Shown one piece after another: positions 21,457 through 31,496 of a DNA stretch of 64,000 nt. The DNA is from Candidatus Multivoradales bacterium (GTDB taxonomy: Bacteria > Acidobacteriota > Thermoanaerobaculia > Multivoradales > JAHEKO01): assembly GCA_965248055.1 (NCBI GenBank), contig CBDFIJ010000004.1, positions 992,001-1,056,000 on the forward strand. Reading direction: 5' to 3'. Every line of letters starts with the position of its first letter. The first letter of the stretch is position 1. Under the pieces are notes generated by a model. The model searched no databases and was not told the DNA's origin. It saw nothing but the letters and a program-made list of their open reading frames with translations. A program made the translations under genes and the position numbers.

Positions 21457-22583
21457 GATTGATTTCGTCGCTGTTCGGCGACCAGCGCCAGAAATTCGTC
21501 AAACATGCACCCAGCGTCATGCGGACCGGGAGCCGCTTCTGGGTGGTATTGGGTCGAAAAAATCGATTTCCCTTGCACCATGAAGCCCTCTGCCGTGCCG
21601 TCATTGAGATTTACCTGGTTGACCCGACAGCCGTCAGGAAGCGATTCAGGGTCAACCGCAAAACCATGATTTTGACTGGTGATCAAGACTTTGCCGGAGT
21701 CGCTGTCGAGAACCGGCTGATTGGCCCCATGATGGCCGAAGGGAAGTTTGAACGTGGTCCCGCCGAGAGCCAAACCGAGCAATTGATGTCCCAAACAAAT
21801 GCCGAAAATCGGAATCTCACTGTTCACCAACTCGCCCACAATCTCAATCACCGAACTCAGCGCTGCTGGATCTCCTGGGCCATTCGACAGCAGCACGCCA
21901 TCGACCTGTTTGGCCAACACGCTTTGTGCCGCCGTCTCGGCGGGTACCACCGTCAGCCGAGCACCCCGCATTGCCATCAACCGCAAGATGTTGCGCTTGA
22001 CGCCAAAGTCGTAGACCGCGATATGGAACCGTTCTTCGCCCTCGGCAGGGATCTCCTCGATCTCCGATCGAGTCACCCGATCGACCAATCCAAGACCCTC
22101 CATCAACGGCAGGGCCCGAACCTGTTCCAAAATTCGATGCCGATCCTCAATTTCGCTGGTCAGCGCTCCGCGCATCGCCCCGGCGACTCGCAGTTTGCGC
22201 ACCACGGCACGAGTATCCAGGCCCTCGAGGGCAGGGATCCCCCCGGTCTTCAGGTACTCGACCAACTCGCGCTCAGCAACATGACTCGAGGCTTTGGCGG
22301 TGAACTGCTTGGCGACGAACCCTTCGACCCAAGTCCGGTGTGACTCTGCTACCCGGGTCTCAATCCCATAGTTGCCGACGTGTGGAACCGTCATCACCAC
22401 AATCTGACTGCAATACGAGGGGTCGGTGAGGATCTCCTGATATCCGGTCATCGAGGTATTGAACACCACCTCACCAAAACCAGTACCGGCGACCGGCATC
22501 CATCCGCGGTAGACCGAACCGTCTTCCAGGATCAGAAGTCCGGGCTGGCGTTGCTTGGTGGCTGGGTCGAAGAGTTGGGACAC
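21453..22583 (-). CDS. carA: Carbamoyl-phosphate synthase small subunit
   Basis: GEVVFNTSMTGYQEILTDPSY, SNGPGDP, GICLGHQ, QYHPE. Confidence 0.97.
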   Translation of the reverse strand: MSQLFDPATKQRQPGLLILEDGSVYRGWMPVAGTGFGEVVFNTSMTGYQEILTDPSYCSQIVVMTVPHVGNYGIETRVAESHRTWVEGFVAKQFTAKASSHVAERELVEYLKTGGIPALEGLDTRAVVRKLRVAGAMRGALTSEIEDRHRILEQVRALPLMEGLGLVDRVTRSEIEEIPAEGEERFHIAVYDFGVKRNILRLMAMRGARLTVVPAETAAQSVLAKQVDGVLLSNGPGDPAALSSVIEIVGELVNSEIPIFGICLGHQLLGLALGGTTFKLPFGHHGANQPVLDSDSGKVLITSQNHGFAVDPESLPDGCRVNQVNLNDGTAEGFMVQGKSIFSTQYHPEAAPGPHDAGCMFDEFLALVAEQRRNQS

Positions 22584-22601
22584 AACCTACGTTCGTTTGA
22601 G

Positions 22602-23627
22602 CTATGAAGCAGTGAAAGCGGAAACAGTGGGTTTCGGTGACCAGCTTTGAACGTCGTCCATCAATTCGACCAAAACCTCGGGGGCGATCGCCTGACGACC
22701 ATCGGAAAGCGCCTCGTGGGGTCGATCGTGGACTTCGATCATTAATCCGTCTGCCCCCGCTGCCACCGCAGCGCGAGCCAAGTGAGGCACCTTGGCGTAG
22801 TCGCCAGCCGCGTGACTGGGGTCGACAATGATCGGCAAGTGGCTGACCTTCTTCACCGCCGGCAATATCGCCAAATCCAAGGTCGATCGAGAATGGTCGG
22901 ACAAGGTCCGGATACCGCGCTCACAGAGGACAACTTGCGAATTCCCTTGTTCGAGAATGTACTCAGCAGCCAGCAGAAGCTCGGTCATGGTGGCGGCGAA
23001 AGACCGCTTCAACAAGATCGGTTTGCCACAACCTCCCGCCGCCTTGAGCAGCGAGAAGTTATACATGTTGCGGGCGCCGATTTGCACCATGTCAGCGACC
23101 TCGGCCACCCGCGGCAACACCGCAACGTCCATCGCCTCGGTCACCACCGGGAGTCCGACTTCCTGTCGTACCCGCCGCAAGATTTCCAATCCCTCGTCGC
23201 CAAGTCCTTGGAAACTGTAGGGGCTAGTGCGCGGCTTCCATGCGCCTGCCCGGAGCATTTGCCCACCGGCTCCCCGCACCGCCTCAGCGATGCGCGCCAC
23301 TTGGTCATAACTTTCCACCGAGCACGGCCCGGCGATCCAGGCTAGGACTCCGCCACCGAATACCGCTTCACCCACCTGAACCACGGTATCTTCCGGCTTG
23401 ATCTCCCGGGACACCAAGCGATACGGAGGCCCGACCGGGATCACTTCGTAGACACCTTCCAGAGTGGCGAAGCCGTTAACCTCAAGTGCAGTCATGTTGC
23501 CGGTCACCGCGACCGAGGTGCGTTGACTGCCTTCGATCGGTGTCGCCTGCAGAGCCCGCGACCGAACGCGTTGGATGACATCTTCCACTTGCTTCGGGGT
23601 GGCATCCATTCGCATAACGATAAGCAT
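22602..23627 (-). CDS. aroF: DAHP synthase type I-beta with N-terminal regulatory domain
   Basis: IAGPCSVES, KPRTSPYSFQG, QIGARNM, DPSH. Confidence 0.92.
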   Translation of the reverse strand: MLIVMRMDATPKQVEDVIQRVRSRALQATPIEGSQRTSVAVTGNMTALEVNGFATLEGVYEVIPVGPPYRLVSREIKPEDTVVQVGEAVFGGGVLAWIAGPCSVESYDQVARIAEAVRGAGGQMLRAGAWKPRTSPYSFQGLGDEGLEILRRVRQEVGLPVVTEAMDVAVLPRVAEVADMVQIGARNMYNFSLLKAAGGCGKPILLKRSFAATMTELLLAAEYILEQGNSQVVLCERGIRTLSDHSRSTLDLAILPAVKKVSHLPIIVDPSHAAGDYAKVPHLARAAVAAGADGLMIEVHDRPHEALSDGRQAIAPEVLVELMDDVQSWSPKPTVSAFTAS

Positions 23628-23783
23628 GAGGGTTCCAAGTGATCGGGATCGCGCCCGAGGGACTGTTATCATAGCAACGTGTTTGCGCGAAAAGGTGTCC
23701 CAATTGGCTCCGCTGTAGCGATCAAACGTTCTTGGCTCTGGTGTGGCTGCAAGCCCGTCAACCGACCCACGCGAGAGAGGGCT

Positions 23784-24512
23784 ATGGGATGGGCCGCTCT
23801 GCTGGTGGCGGTTCTGGCCTCGCCGATCTTGGCGGCCGCCGACACCATCGTCTTGAGAGACGGTCGCCGAATCGAAACCCGCGAGCCGTACAAAATTGAG
23901 GGTGACCAGGCGGTGCTAGTTCTCACCAACGGCACCGTGACCACGCTCCCGCTATCCAGCATCGACGCTCGCAAGACCGAAGAAGCGAGTCGGCTTGGTG
24001 GCTCCGCCAAGGTGATTGATGGGCGGGAGTCGCGACCGATTCAACCCGGGCAGCAACCACGCCCGTCCAGCTCCTCTTTGAGTCAGGTCGCTGGCCAAAG
24101 GCGTTTGGCTGACCGCCGAACGCGGCAACCACGGCCATCGGACAACCCACCCACGATGGCTACGCAAAGGGTGCAACTTGCCGACGATGCCACCCGTGGC
24201 TTCCTGAGCAGCCTCTATGCTTCCCAGGGATTGTCGGCAGAGCTATTGGAAAGCACCGGCCCGGGCACCGCAACCGTGCGCCTGAGTACTGACTCAGAAG
24301 CCGAGGTATTTCGAGCCCTGGTGGCCACCGCAGTGGCCTTGCTGCAGTCAGCGGAAAAACTTGAGAATCCGCTCGCCGTGCTCGAACTGGAGATGAGGTC
24401 CTCGGATGGCGGCCAAGCGGGTGACTTCCGCATCACCCACGATCGAGCTGAGGCCCTGCGCACTCAGGCGATCTCGCCGCAGGAGTTCTACGTCCGTTTC
24501 GTCGAGTTCTGA
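23784..24512 (+). CDS. Hypothetical secreted protein
   Basis: Signal peptide followed by ADTIVLRDGRRI; GAGG upstream. Confidence 0.7.
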   Translation: MGWAALLVAVLASPILAAADTIVLRDGRRIETREPYKIEGDQAVLVLTNGTVTTLPLSSIDARKTEEASRLGGSAKVIDGRESRPIQPGQQPRPSSSSLSQVAGQRRLADRRTRQPRPSDNPPTMATQRVQLADDATRGFLSSLYASQGLSAELLESTGPGTATVRLSTDSEAEVFRALVATAVALLQSAEKLENPLAVLELEMRSSDGGQAGDFRITHDRAEALRTQAISPQEFYVRFVEF

Positions 24513-24569
24513 TCGAGCCCACCGCTTTGCCGCTGCGTTCTTTTGAGCCGCGATTCAGCTTATTCGCTG

Positions 24570-25149
24570 TCAATCTCGGAAAGGTAGAGATCCCCTCGCG
24601 AAGTGGAGAGCGAGTAGACAATCCCTTCCTGGGTCAGCGCCATGGTCGCCGCGTCTTCTAGCTCGCTTTTTGCTTCGGTCTCCGCCAGTTTGGCCAAGCC
24701 ACAGGTCCAACACTTTCGCCTGCCCTCTCTGGTTCACCATCACGTTGGCGGGTTTGAAGTCACAGTGGATGATTCCCTTAGCGTGAGCTTCGGCCAGGGC
24801 GTCGGCGATGGGAATGGCAAGATCAAACAGCTTGCTGAGCCCAAGACCATCTGCAGGAACGTGCTGGTCAAGAGTCTCACCTTCCACCAGCTCCATAGTC
24901 AGGAAGTGAATCCCGTCGGTTTCTTCGACCGAGTGGATGGTGACGATATTGGGGTGGTTGAGCGCTGCCACCGTCTTGGCCTCGCGTTTGAAGCCCTCCA
25001 AACGATTGGGATCGCTGGCCAGCCGCTGGGGTAAAACCTTTAAGGCTACTGAAAACGGCTGAGCCCTCCGTGCCCGATACACCTCTCCCATTCCCCCCTC
25101 GCCGAGCTTGGAAAGGGATACGGTAGTGAGACAGCCTCTCTCCGATCAC
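24570..25149 (-). pseudogene. Truncated, frameshifted Hanks-type Ser/Thr kinase
   Basis: MIGERLSHYRI, frameshift, KLGEGGMGEVYRA...VALKVL...HPNIV...IIHCDFKPAN, second frameshift at the DFG motif, no C-lobe. Confidence 0.85.
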
Positions 25150-25252
25150 CAGTTTGTGTCCTTTCGAGATAGAGATCTTTCGCTCGGCTCAGGACTCAGC
25201 GCCGAGCGCCTCGGCTTGGCGGTGATCTGGTAGTGAGAGAGGGTGGTACCAA

Positions 25253-25681
25253 TCACGCCAGCGGGTCCTCGACCGCTAGTCCCGGGATGGATTGGAAGTT
25301 GCGATCATGAGTCCAGATCACCGAGGCTCCGTTGTCAAACGCCGCCAAGGCGATCTGAAGGTCGAAGACCCGCACACCGCGGATGTCCCGGTCTGTAGCA
25401 ACCTGCAGTAGCCGAGGGCCGAATTCCGGGCCAGGCCGCCAAAGACGGCCGCCGCCGTCTACCAATCCCTGCAAGAAAGCCTGTGCCTCGAGTGGCTCAG
25501 AGGGGCGACCGGTAGCGGTCGGATGGGTCACGATGCTCCAGAACTCGGCGATCGCAGGCGAGGCAACACCCCAACCACGACCACTGTCGGCAGCTCGTTG
25601 AATCGCTTCGCGCGCCGCGGCGTGCTCAGAAACCCCAGTGCGATGGGCGTAAACCAAAAGGTTGGTATCGATGGCGATCAC
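25253..25681 (-). CDS. vapC: PIN-domain toxin, VapC family
   Basis: IAIDTNLLVYAH, EFWSIVT, FDLQIA, WTHDRNF; GTGA overlap with the antitoxin. Confidence 0.9.
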   Translation of the reverse strand: MIAIDTNLLVYAHRTGVSEHAAAREAIQRAADSGRGWGVASPAIAEFWSIVTHPTATGRPSEPLEAQAFLQGLVDGGGRLWRPGPEFGPRLLQVATDRDIRGVRVFDLQIALAAFDNGASVIWTHDRNFQSIPGLAVEDPLA

Positions 25682-25923
25682 GATACCGTTCGCAACCATT
25701 CACGCATCGCGGCGCGATCGGCGACGTCTATCCCCGCAGGTAGGCCTCCATTCACCGTCACGAACTCGAGTCGCTGAGTTCGATGCTCCGCGATCGGTCG
25801 ATCGCTCTCCAGCTCGCGCCGCAGGCCACGGGTAAACAACTTGCGCAGAGTCGTCCTCTCTTCTGCGGCCTTTTTCTTGGCCGCGACCAGCAACTCTTCA
25901 GGTAGGTCAATGGTGGTTTTCAT
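25678..25923 (-). CDS. vapB: RHH antitoxin, VapB family
   Basis: MKTTIDLPEELLVAAKKKAAE; upstream of PIN toxin; CCATA-TT-TATGG palindrome upstream. Confidence 0.85.
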   Translation of the reverse strand: MKTTIDLPEELLVAAKKKAAEERTTLRKLFTRGLRRELESDRPIAEHRTQRLEFVTVNGGLPAGIDVADRAAMREWLRTVS

Positions 25924-25972
25924 GAACCCATATTGCCATATTTATGGTTATACGGCACATCTCATCTTGGCC

Positions 25973-26169
25973 TCACTGCACTTTCGCGCGATAAACCTCT
26001 TTCATCCCACCTATGCCCAGCTTGGAAAGGATGCGGTAGTGAGACAGTCTCTCTCCGGTCATCAGTTCGCGTCCTTTTGAGATTGAGATCCTTCGCTCGG
26101 CTCAGGACTCAGCGCCGAGCGCCTTAGCTTGGCGCTTATCTGGTAGTGGGAAAGCGTGGTGCCGATCAG
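25973..26169 (-). repeat. Direct repeat (second copy about 25070-25256) made of two kinase 5'-end fragments and a REP-like spacer
   Basis: LIGTTLSHYQISAK + CTGAGTCCTGAGCCGAGCGAAGGATCTC + MTGERLSHYRILSKLGIGGMKEVYRAK. Confidence 0.85.
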
Positions 26170-26203
26170 TTCCCCCCCGGTCCACAGGCACTATCACCTA
26201 GGG

Positions 26204-26638
26204 TTAGTCAGCGGCTTCTACCTCGTCCGGCGCTTGTGACAACTCCACCAACACTCCCCCTGCAGAGCGCGGATGGATGAACTGAACCCAGCAACCTCCC
26301 GCACCCAGGGTGGGCTGTGGACGGAGGACATCTGCGCCTGATTCTTCCAGTTTGAGTTGGTCAGCGTGGATGTCATCAGTGGCAAAGCAGATGTGGTGGA
26401 CGCCTGGACCGCGCTTGTCGAGGAAGCGTCGTACGGGCGAGTCTTCAGTGGTGGGTTCGAGTAGCTCGATCCGGGTCTCACCGACTTCGATCATTGCCAC
26501 CCGAACGCCCTCTTGGGGTACCTCTTCGATGTGATCGATAGTCAGTCCTAGGGTCTGGTAGAACTTGGCTGACTCCTCGATCGACTCGACGGCAATGCCA
26601 ATGTGATCATATTTTGAACTGCCACGGTTGACCTGCAA
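26204..26638 (-). CDS. mce: Methylmalonyl-CoA epimerase
   Basis: DHIGIAV, IELLEP, GPGVHHICF, FIHP...GVLVEL. Confidence 0.9.
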   Translation of the reverse strand: MQVNRGSSKYDHIGIAVESIEESAKFYQTLGLTIDHIEEVPQEGVRVAMIEVGETRIELLEPTTEDSPVRRFLDKRGPGVHHICFATDDIHADQLKLEESGADVLRPQPTLGAGGCWVQFIHPRSAGGVLVELSQAPDEVEAAD

Positions 26639-26644
26639 GGCCCC

Positions 26645-27841
26645 TTACCGGTTATCCAGGAGTTGGCGCGCTATCACCAATCGCTGAATCTCACTGGTCC
26701 CTTCGCCGATCGTGCAAATCTTGCAGTCGCGGTAAAACTTCTCAGCACGGTAATCCTTGATGTAGCCATAGCCACCGTGGATCTGCACTCCGCGCTCAGC
26801 ACAAAACACCGCAGCTTCTCCGGCGTAGAGCTTGGCTTCCGCGGCCAAGCGAGTCACCCGCTCTCCACGATTCATTTTTTCCGCCGCTGCCATAACCAGC
26901 GCTTCGGAGGCGGCAATGCGGGTCGCCATCTCGGCGAGATGAAACTGCACCGCTTGAAACTTGGCGATCGCCTTGCCGAACTGTTCCCGTTCCTTGGAGT
27001 AAGCCAGCGCCAGATCGAACGCGCCCCGAGCAGTCCCCAAGCCCAAAGCGGCGATCGAAATTCGTCCGCCGTCGAGAATCTTGAGCGACTGAATGAAGCC
27101 GTCGCCGCGCTCCCCCAACAGATGGTCATCGGGAACCAAGCAGTCCTCCAAAATCACCTCAGACGTGTCCGAAGCGCGGCTTCCCAGTTTGTCTTCCTTC
27201 TTACCGGCACGAAATCCCTCCATCCCCTTCTCAACCACAAACGCAGAAATATTATGGTGCCGGGGTGCATCTGGATCGGTAACCGCCAGGACCACGCAGA
27301 CGTCGCCTACTTTGCCGTGGGTAATAAAGGTCTTGGAGCCATTCAGCAGCCACCCACCATCGACCTTCTCGGCCTTGGTCCGCGTCCCTGCAGCGTCTGA
27401 GCCCGCTCCTGGTTCGGTCAAGGCCCAAGCGCCGATCTTGCGCCCGGTGGCCAAATCTGGCATCCAACGCTGGCGTTGTTCTTGGTTGCCAAACTTATAG
27501 ATGTGCTGGCTGCACAAAGAGTTATGGGCTGCGACCGAAAGCCCGATCGACGGGTCGATCCGGCTAATCTCATCCAAAATCAGGACGTACTCAATGTAGC
27601 CCAGGCCAGCGCCCTCGAACTCCTCTGGAACGACCACACCGAGAAAACCCAACTCGCCCATTTTGGCGAATAGTTCCCGCGGAAACTTCTGTGCTTCGTC
27701 GATTTCTTCAACGATCGGATCGATTTCTTGCAAGGCGAAGTCGCGTGCGGCCTCACGGATGGCGCGCTGCTCTTCAGTGAGTCCGAAATCAATCCCGGAA
27801 TCGGTTTGCACTGGCGTCGTTGATGCTGTTGCTGTGGTCAC
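26645..27841 (-). CDS. Acyl-CoA dehydrogenase
   Basis: ALTEPGAGSDA, NGSKTFIT, QIHGGYGY, IGEGTSEIQR. Confidence 0.93.
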   Translation of the reverse strand: MTTATASTTPVQTDSGIDFGLTEEQRAIREAARDFALQEIDPIVEEIDEAQKFPRELFAKMGELGFLGVVVPEEFEGAGLGYIEYVLILDEISRIDPSIGLSVAAHNSLCSQHIYKFGNQEQRQRWMPDLATGRKIGAWALTEPGAGSDAAGTRTKAEKVDGGWLLNGSKTFITHGKVGDVCVVLAVTDPDAPRHHNISAFVVEKGMEGFRAGKKEDKLGSRASDTSEVILEDCLVPDDHLLGERGDGFIQSLKILDGGRISIAALGLGTARGAFDLALAYSKEREQFGKAIAKFQAVQFHLAEMATRIAASEALVMAAAEKMNRGERVTRLAAEAKLYAGEAAVFCAERGVQIHGGYGYIKDYRAEKFYRDCKICTIGEGTSEIQRLVIARQLLDNR

Positions 27842-27949
27842 TCTGGCATGCCCCCCTCAGCGGTCAAGGATATCTCTTGTCGGTCGTCATCGGAACCAGA
27901 CCTCAGGAATGCAACCGCGATGGGGTCACAGGCAGGTGGATTGAGATAG

Positions 27950-28320
27950 ATACCGGCCCTCCTCCCTAACCCCCGCCGGGATGACATAGAAGAGGCTTCT
28001 CCGCCGGGATGCCCCGAGGGGAGTCCCGACGATGGTCATACCGGTCTGAGGCACTTCAACGTGTCGTTCCACACTGAGACACTTCATCGTGTTGTCCCAT
28101 CCTGAGACACTTAATCGTGTCGTCCCACACTGAGGCACTTCAGCGCGTCATCCCACGCCGTGGAACATCAACGCGTCGTCTCCTTCAGTACTTCCTCGTC
28201 ATCCTCGTAGGGTGGGGGTTTTGGGGATCGAGGATCTCCAACAGCGTCAGCGACCCACAGCCAGTATCTGGACGGCCACCGAATCCCGTCCCCCCTCCCT
28301 AACCCCCGCCGGGATGACGA
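27950..28320. repeat. CGTC-type REP-like palindromes enclosing a 28-bp tandem repeat (4 copies, 28046-28157)
   Basis: CCTCCCTAACCCCCGCCGGGATGAC twice; CTGAG(G/A)CACTT..CG.GT..T.CCA.. units. Confidence 0.8.
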
Positions 28321-28465
28321 TGGGTGGAATCTCCTCTGCCTCTTGTTCAGAGGCGGTCCTGCTGTTGTCTGGTGACGAAAAAAGTGTCCCCGCTGGAACG
28401 AAGGGGAGGAAGCTGAAGTTCGGCTGTTGTCTTATCGAGAGAACAAGACCCTAACCGCGGCAACC

Positions 28466-28735
28466 CTAAGTCAGATCAACCGAGTCAACAATCCCCACCA
28501 CCATGGTGCGGATCGGTGCGGTGTCATCAAGCATAATCTGGCGAGAGGAGTTACCCTCGTCCAAGATCAGCACCACTTGATCGACGCCCGCGCCCACCGC
28601 GTCGATCGCCAAGGTGTAGTCGCCCTCGGGTTGCAAATTGGGGCTCAGCCACTGGCAGATCAACAAGCGCATACCATCGCGAACCGGATGATGGATGGTT
28701 GAGACCACGGTCCCGGTGACCCGAGCGATCTTCAT
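28466..28735 (-). CDS. BMC-P pentameric vertex protein (EutN/CcmL family)
   Basis: MKIARVTGTVVST...AIDAVGAG...VVGIVD. Confidence 0.92.
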   Translation of the reverse strand: MKIARVTGTVVSTIHHPVRDGMRLLICQWLSPNLQPEGDYTLAIDAVGAGVDQVVLILDEGNSSRQIMLDDTAPIRTMVVGIVDSVDLT

Positions 28736-29013
28736 GCCGTGCGATCCGGATGCTCGATCTGATCGACCAGGCCGACAATCGCGTGATCGACCGGCACGAA
28801 CCAGGGGTCCATCGCCACCGCAGCTTCTCTGCTAGCAACGTAGTAAATCTCTTGACCGACGCCGGCTTGGCCGGTGGCGTCGGCGGCGACGATTGCCGAC
28901 CCGTTCGGTGACCCATCCTCGGCCAGCGGGCTGACAAGTAGCAACCGCATTCCGTCCATGCTTGAGACGCGCATCGTTGCCACTACGCTGCCGGTTACCA
29001 TCCCCAAATGCAC
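28732..29013 (-). CDS. BMC-P pentameric vertex protein (EutN/CcmL family)
   Basis: MHLGMVTGSVVAT...AADATGQAG...PVDHAIVGLVD; GTG 29013 overlaps the upstream stop. Confidence 0.9.
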   Translation of the reverse strand: MHLGMVTGSVVATMRVSSMDGMRLLLVSPLAEDGSPNGSAIVAADATGQAGVGQEIYYVASREAAVAMDPWFVPVDHAIVGLVDQIEHPDRTA

Positions 29014-29615
29014 TAGTCGGGGCTCCCAACCGAGTCGGTATTGATCCGAGAGTGAAACAACGGTGCCTGCTCTAGGTTGCGCCAAACGTCCTCGCCGAGC
29101 TGGGCGATCAGTCGCTGCTCCAACACCACTTCTGGGTGAGCCAGGGACCCGACTCCGGCCTCCATCGCCGCTTGAACCTCATGCAGAACGCCAGAGAACA
29201 GCAAGTAGCCCTTGCCTCCAAGGCCGTCGGCCATGCGTAGCGTCGCGATCGAGACCTCTGCCCCTTTGACGCCCGCATCGGCAACTTGCAGCAGGCCGGC
29301 GACGGTTTTTGTCTCGACGATCCCCAAAGCTTCACCCGAACGCTGATCGGTCTCCGTCAGAGCTTTCACCACCGCAGGATGAACGTCCGGCAATAATACG
29401 CAGTCCAAGGGTTGAGCTAGGCCGATGGCGGCACTGCGGGCCTCGTCAACCGGTCCTACCTCGCCAGCCGCCAGGATCAAGAATCGCCCGGGTTGGACTG
29501 TTCCCAGCCGCAAGTCTCCAAGTGGCGCTCGCTTGGCCATGGCGTCCGCGGCGGTGATGCCAACCGCGATCGATTGGTACTCCATCAGCAGGATGGCTGG
29601 ATAATTTTGCGACAT
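29013..29615 (-). CDS. BMC-T tandem-domain shell protein (single-layer type)
   Basis: Two BMC domains: SIAVGITAADAMAK and GIVETKTVAGLLQVADAGVK. Confidence 0.9.
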   Translation of the reverse strand: MSQNYPAILLMEYQSIAVGITAADAMAKRAPLGDLRLGTVQPGRFLILAAGEVGPVDEARSAAIGLAQPLDCVLLPDVHPAVVKALTETDQRSGEALGIVETKTVAGLLQVADAGVKGAEVSIATLRMADGLGGKGYLLFSGVLHEVQAAMEAGVGSLAHPEVVLEQRLIAQLGEDVWRNLEQAPLFHSRINTDSVGSPD

Positions 29616-31108
29616 TAGACGATGCGCAGGCTGCCGACCACCGTCAGCCTACGGATGCGTGAGAAAGTGCGCGGTCGAGACAGGCCTTCCCCAGTTGGTG
29701 TGGCGATCGAGAACGAGGAGAAGCCCTCGCCCATTTGACCCAGGCCGGCGAAGTTGGAGCAGTTGGCGACGAAAATTGAGCAGTTCATGCGCCGCGCCAT
29801 CTCGGTAATCACGTCGACGTTGCGTGAATAGACCGAGGCGGTGTGGCGAAACCCGTGTTCCGCGGTCACCGAGAGCTGAATGCCTTCCTCCACGTCTCTC
29901 ACCCTTACCACCGGCAGCACCGGCATCATCTGTTCGGTCCAGACCAAAGAGTGCTCGCGCGGGACTTCTGCCACCACCAGCCGAATCTCATCGCCAGCAC
30001 TAACGCCGATTTCAGCCAAAATCTTGGCCGCGTCTTGACCCACCCATTTGCGATTAATCCTGCCGGGCTTGCCGGCGGGGCCTAGCTCCTCAAAGATCGC
30101 CCGTTCCAGCTTGCGCAACTCGTGGTCGCGCAGCACTTGCGCTCCATTGGCGGCCATCGCCTTGACCAAATCGTCGGCCACCGCGTCGACCACAAAAACT
30201 TCCTTCTCGTCGGTGCAGACCATGTTGTTGTCAAAAGATGCGCCTTGAACGATCGAGCGCCCAGCGTGGGAAATGTCCGCGCTGTCGTCGACCAGCACCG
30301 GTGGATTTCCAGGGCCTGCGGTAATCGCTCGCTTGTCCGTCTTGAGTGCTTCCTTAACCACCCCTGGCCCTCCGGTGACCAGCAACAGGCGGATCTTGGG
30401 GTGCGACATCAGGTCTTGTGCTGACTCGATGGTCGGTTCGGCGATACAGGTCGCCAAAGTCTTGGGCCCTCCTGCCTCAGCGATCGCTTCATTGAGCATG
30501 CCGACGTTCTCGGCGGAAACTCGTTGCGCACCCGGGTGGGCATTGAACACCACCGAGTTGCCGGCGGCCACCATGGCAATGGTGTTGTTGATCACCGTCG
30601 AGGTTGGGTTGGTGGTTGGAGTGATCGATCCAATGACGCCAAAAGGGGCGTACTCGGTGAGCATCTGCCCGTGGTCCCCGGTGACCACCTGCGGTTCCAA
30701 GTCTTCCGGGCCGGGGGTCTTGGTGGTGACTAAGCGATTCTTAAGGATCTTGTCGGCAATGCGGCCCAAGCCGGTTTCAGCGTGGGCTGCGCGTGCCAGA
30801 TACTCACCTTGCTCCAGCATCCGCGCCCGCATCGCCTCGACCACCCGAAACCTACGATCCAGGCCCATCGCGGCAAAGCTTTTCTGTGCCTCGAAGGCAG
30901 CGTCTACCGCTTCATCAACGGTGGCGAAAGCGCCGAGAGGATAGGCATCGCGCGATGAACGCCCAGCCTGGTTCTTGGGTTGGCTCTGGGCTTGGCCCTG
31001 GCGGGTAGGAGAAACCGGAGGTGCCACGCGAGGCGCACCAGCGGCGAACCGCTCCCGCACCCGGCTGATCACCGCCTGTACGTCACCGTCAGCGCGCGCC
31101 GCAGCCAC
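29615..31108 (-). CDS. CoA-acylating aldehyde dehydrogenase (EutE/PduP family) with N-terminal encapsulation peptide
   Basis: TPTTNP, TGGPGVV, AGPGNPP, FDNNMVCTDEK; N-terminal DVQAVISRVRERF helix plus P/Q/A linker. Confidence 0.93.
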   Translation of the reverse strand: MAAARADGDVQAVISRVRERFAAGAPRVAPPVSPTRQGQAQSQPKNQAGRSSRDAYPLGAFATVDEAVDAAFEAQKSFAAMGLDRRFRVVEAMRARMLEQGEYLARAAHAETGLGRIADKILKNRLVTTKTPGPEDLEPQVVTGDHGQMLTEYAPFGVIGSITPTTNPTSTVINNTIAMVAAGNSVVFNAHPGAQRVSAENVGMLNEAIAEAGGPKTLATCIAEPTIESAQDLMSHPKIRLLLVTGGPGVVKEALKTDKRAITAGPGNPPVLVDDSADISHAGRSIVQGASFDNNMVCTDEKEVFVVDAVADDLVKAMAANGAQVLRDHELRKLERAIFEELGPAGKPGRINRKWVGQDAAKILAEIGVSAGDEIRLVVAEVPREHSLVWTEQMMPVLPVVRVRDVEEGIQLSVTAEHGFRHTASVYSRNVDVITEMARRMNCSIFVANCSNFAGLGQMGEGFSSFSIATPTGEGLSRPRTFSRIRRLTVVGSLRIV

Positions 31109-31196
31109 TAGCTAGCTCCCCGAGCCCAAGCCGCAGACCCACCAAGTCGTGACCTGAATCGCGACCCGGCACCGGGTCTTGGACAGCTTGGCCCCA

Positions 31197-31493
31197 TTAG
31201 CCGTCGCCCTTGCGGTAGACCTCACGCCCCTCGACGTCCCAACTGTCGACAATCGCCATAATCACCGCATCGCAGGGGCGATCTTGGGTGGCCACCGTCT
31301 GCCGCGCCGAGCTGCCAGTGGCATAGAGCACCACTTCGCCCTCGCCCGCACCCACCGCGTCCACCGCGACCACGTAGCCACCGGTAGTTTTGGCTCGGTC
31401 GTCGAGTTGTTCGACCACCATGAACTTGAATCCAGCCACTCCGGGGTCTTTCTGGCTTGCCACCAGATTACCGACCACCTTGCCAAGCAGCAT
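31197..31493 (-). CDS. BMC-P pentameric vertex protein (EutN/CcmL family)
   Basis: MLLGKVVGNLVASQK...VDAVGAGEGE...GSSARQ...DAVIMAIVD. Confidence 0.93.
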   Translation of the reverse strand: MLLGKVVGNLVASQKDPGVAGFKFMVVEQLDDRAKTTGGYVVAVDAVGAGEGEVVLYATGSSARQTVATQDRPCDAVIMAIVDSWDVEGREVYRKGDG

Positions 31494-31496
31494 CGA

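Noticed and set aside
26204-27841. Acyl-CoA dehydrogenase and methylmalonyl-CoA epimerase as part of the BMC pathway
   Set aside because: Separated from the operon by about 620 bp containing repeats, no encapsulation peptides, and both are common housekeeping genes.
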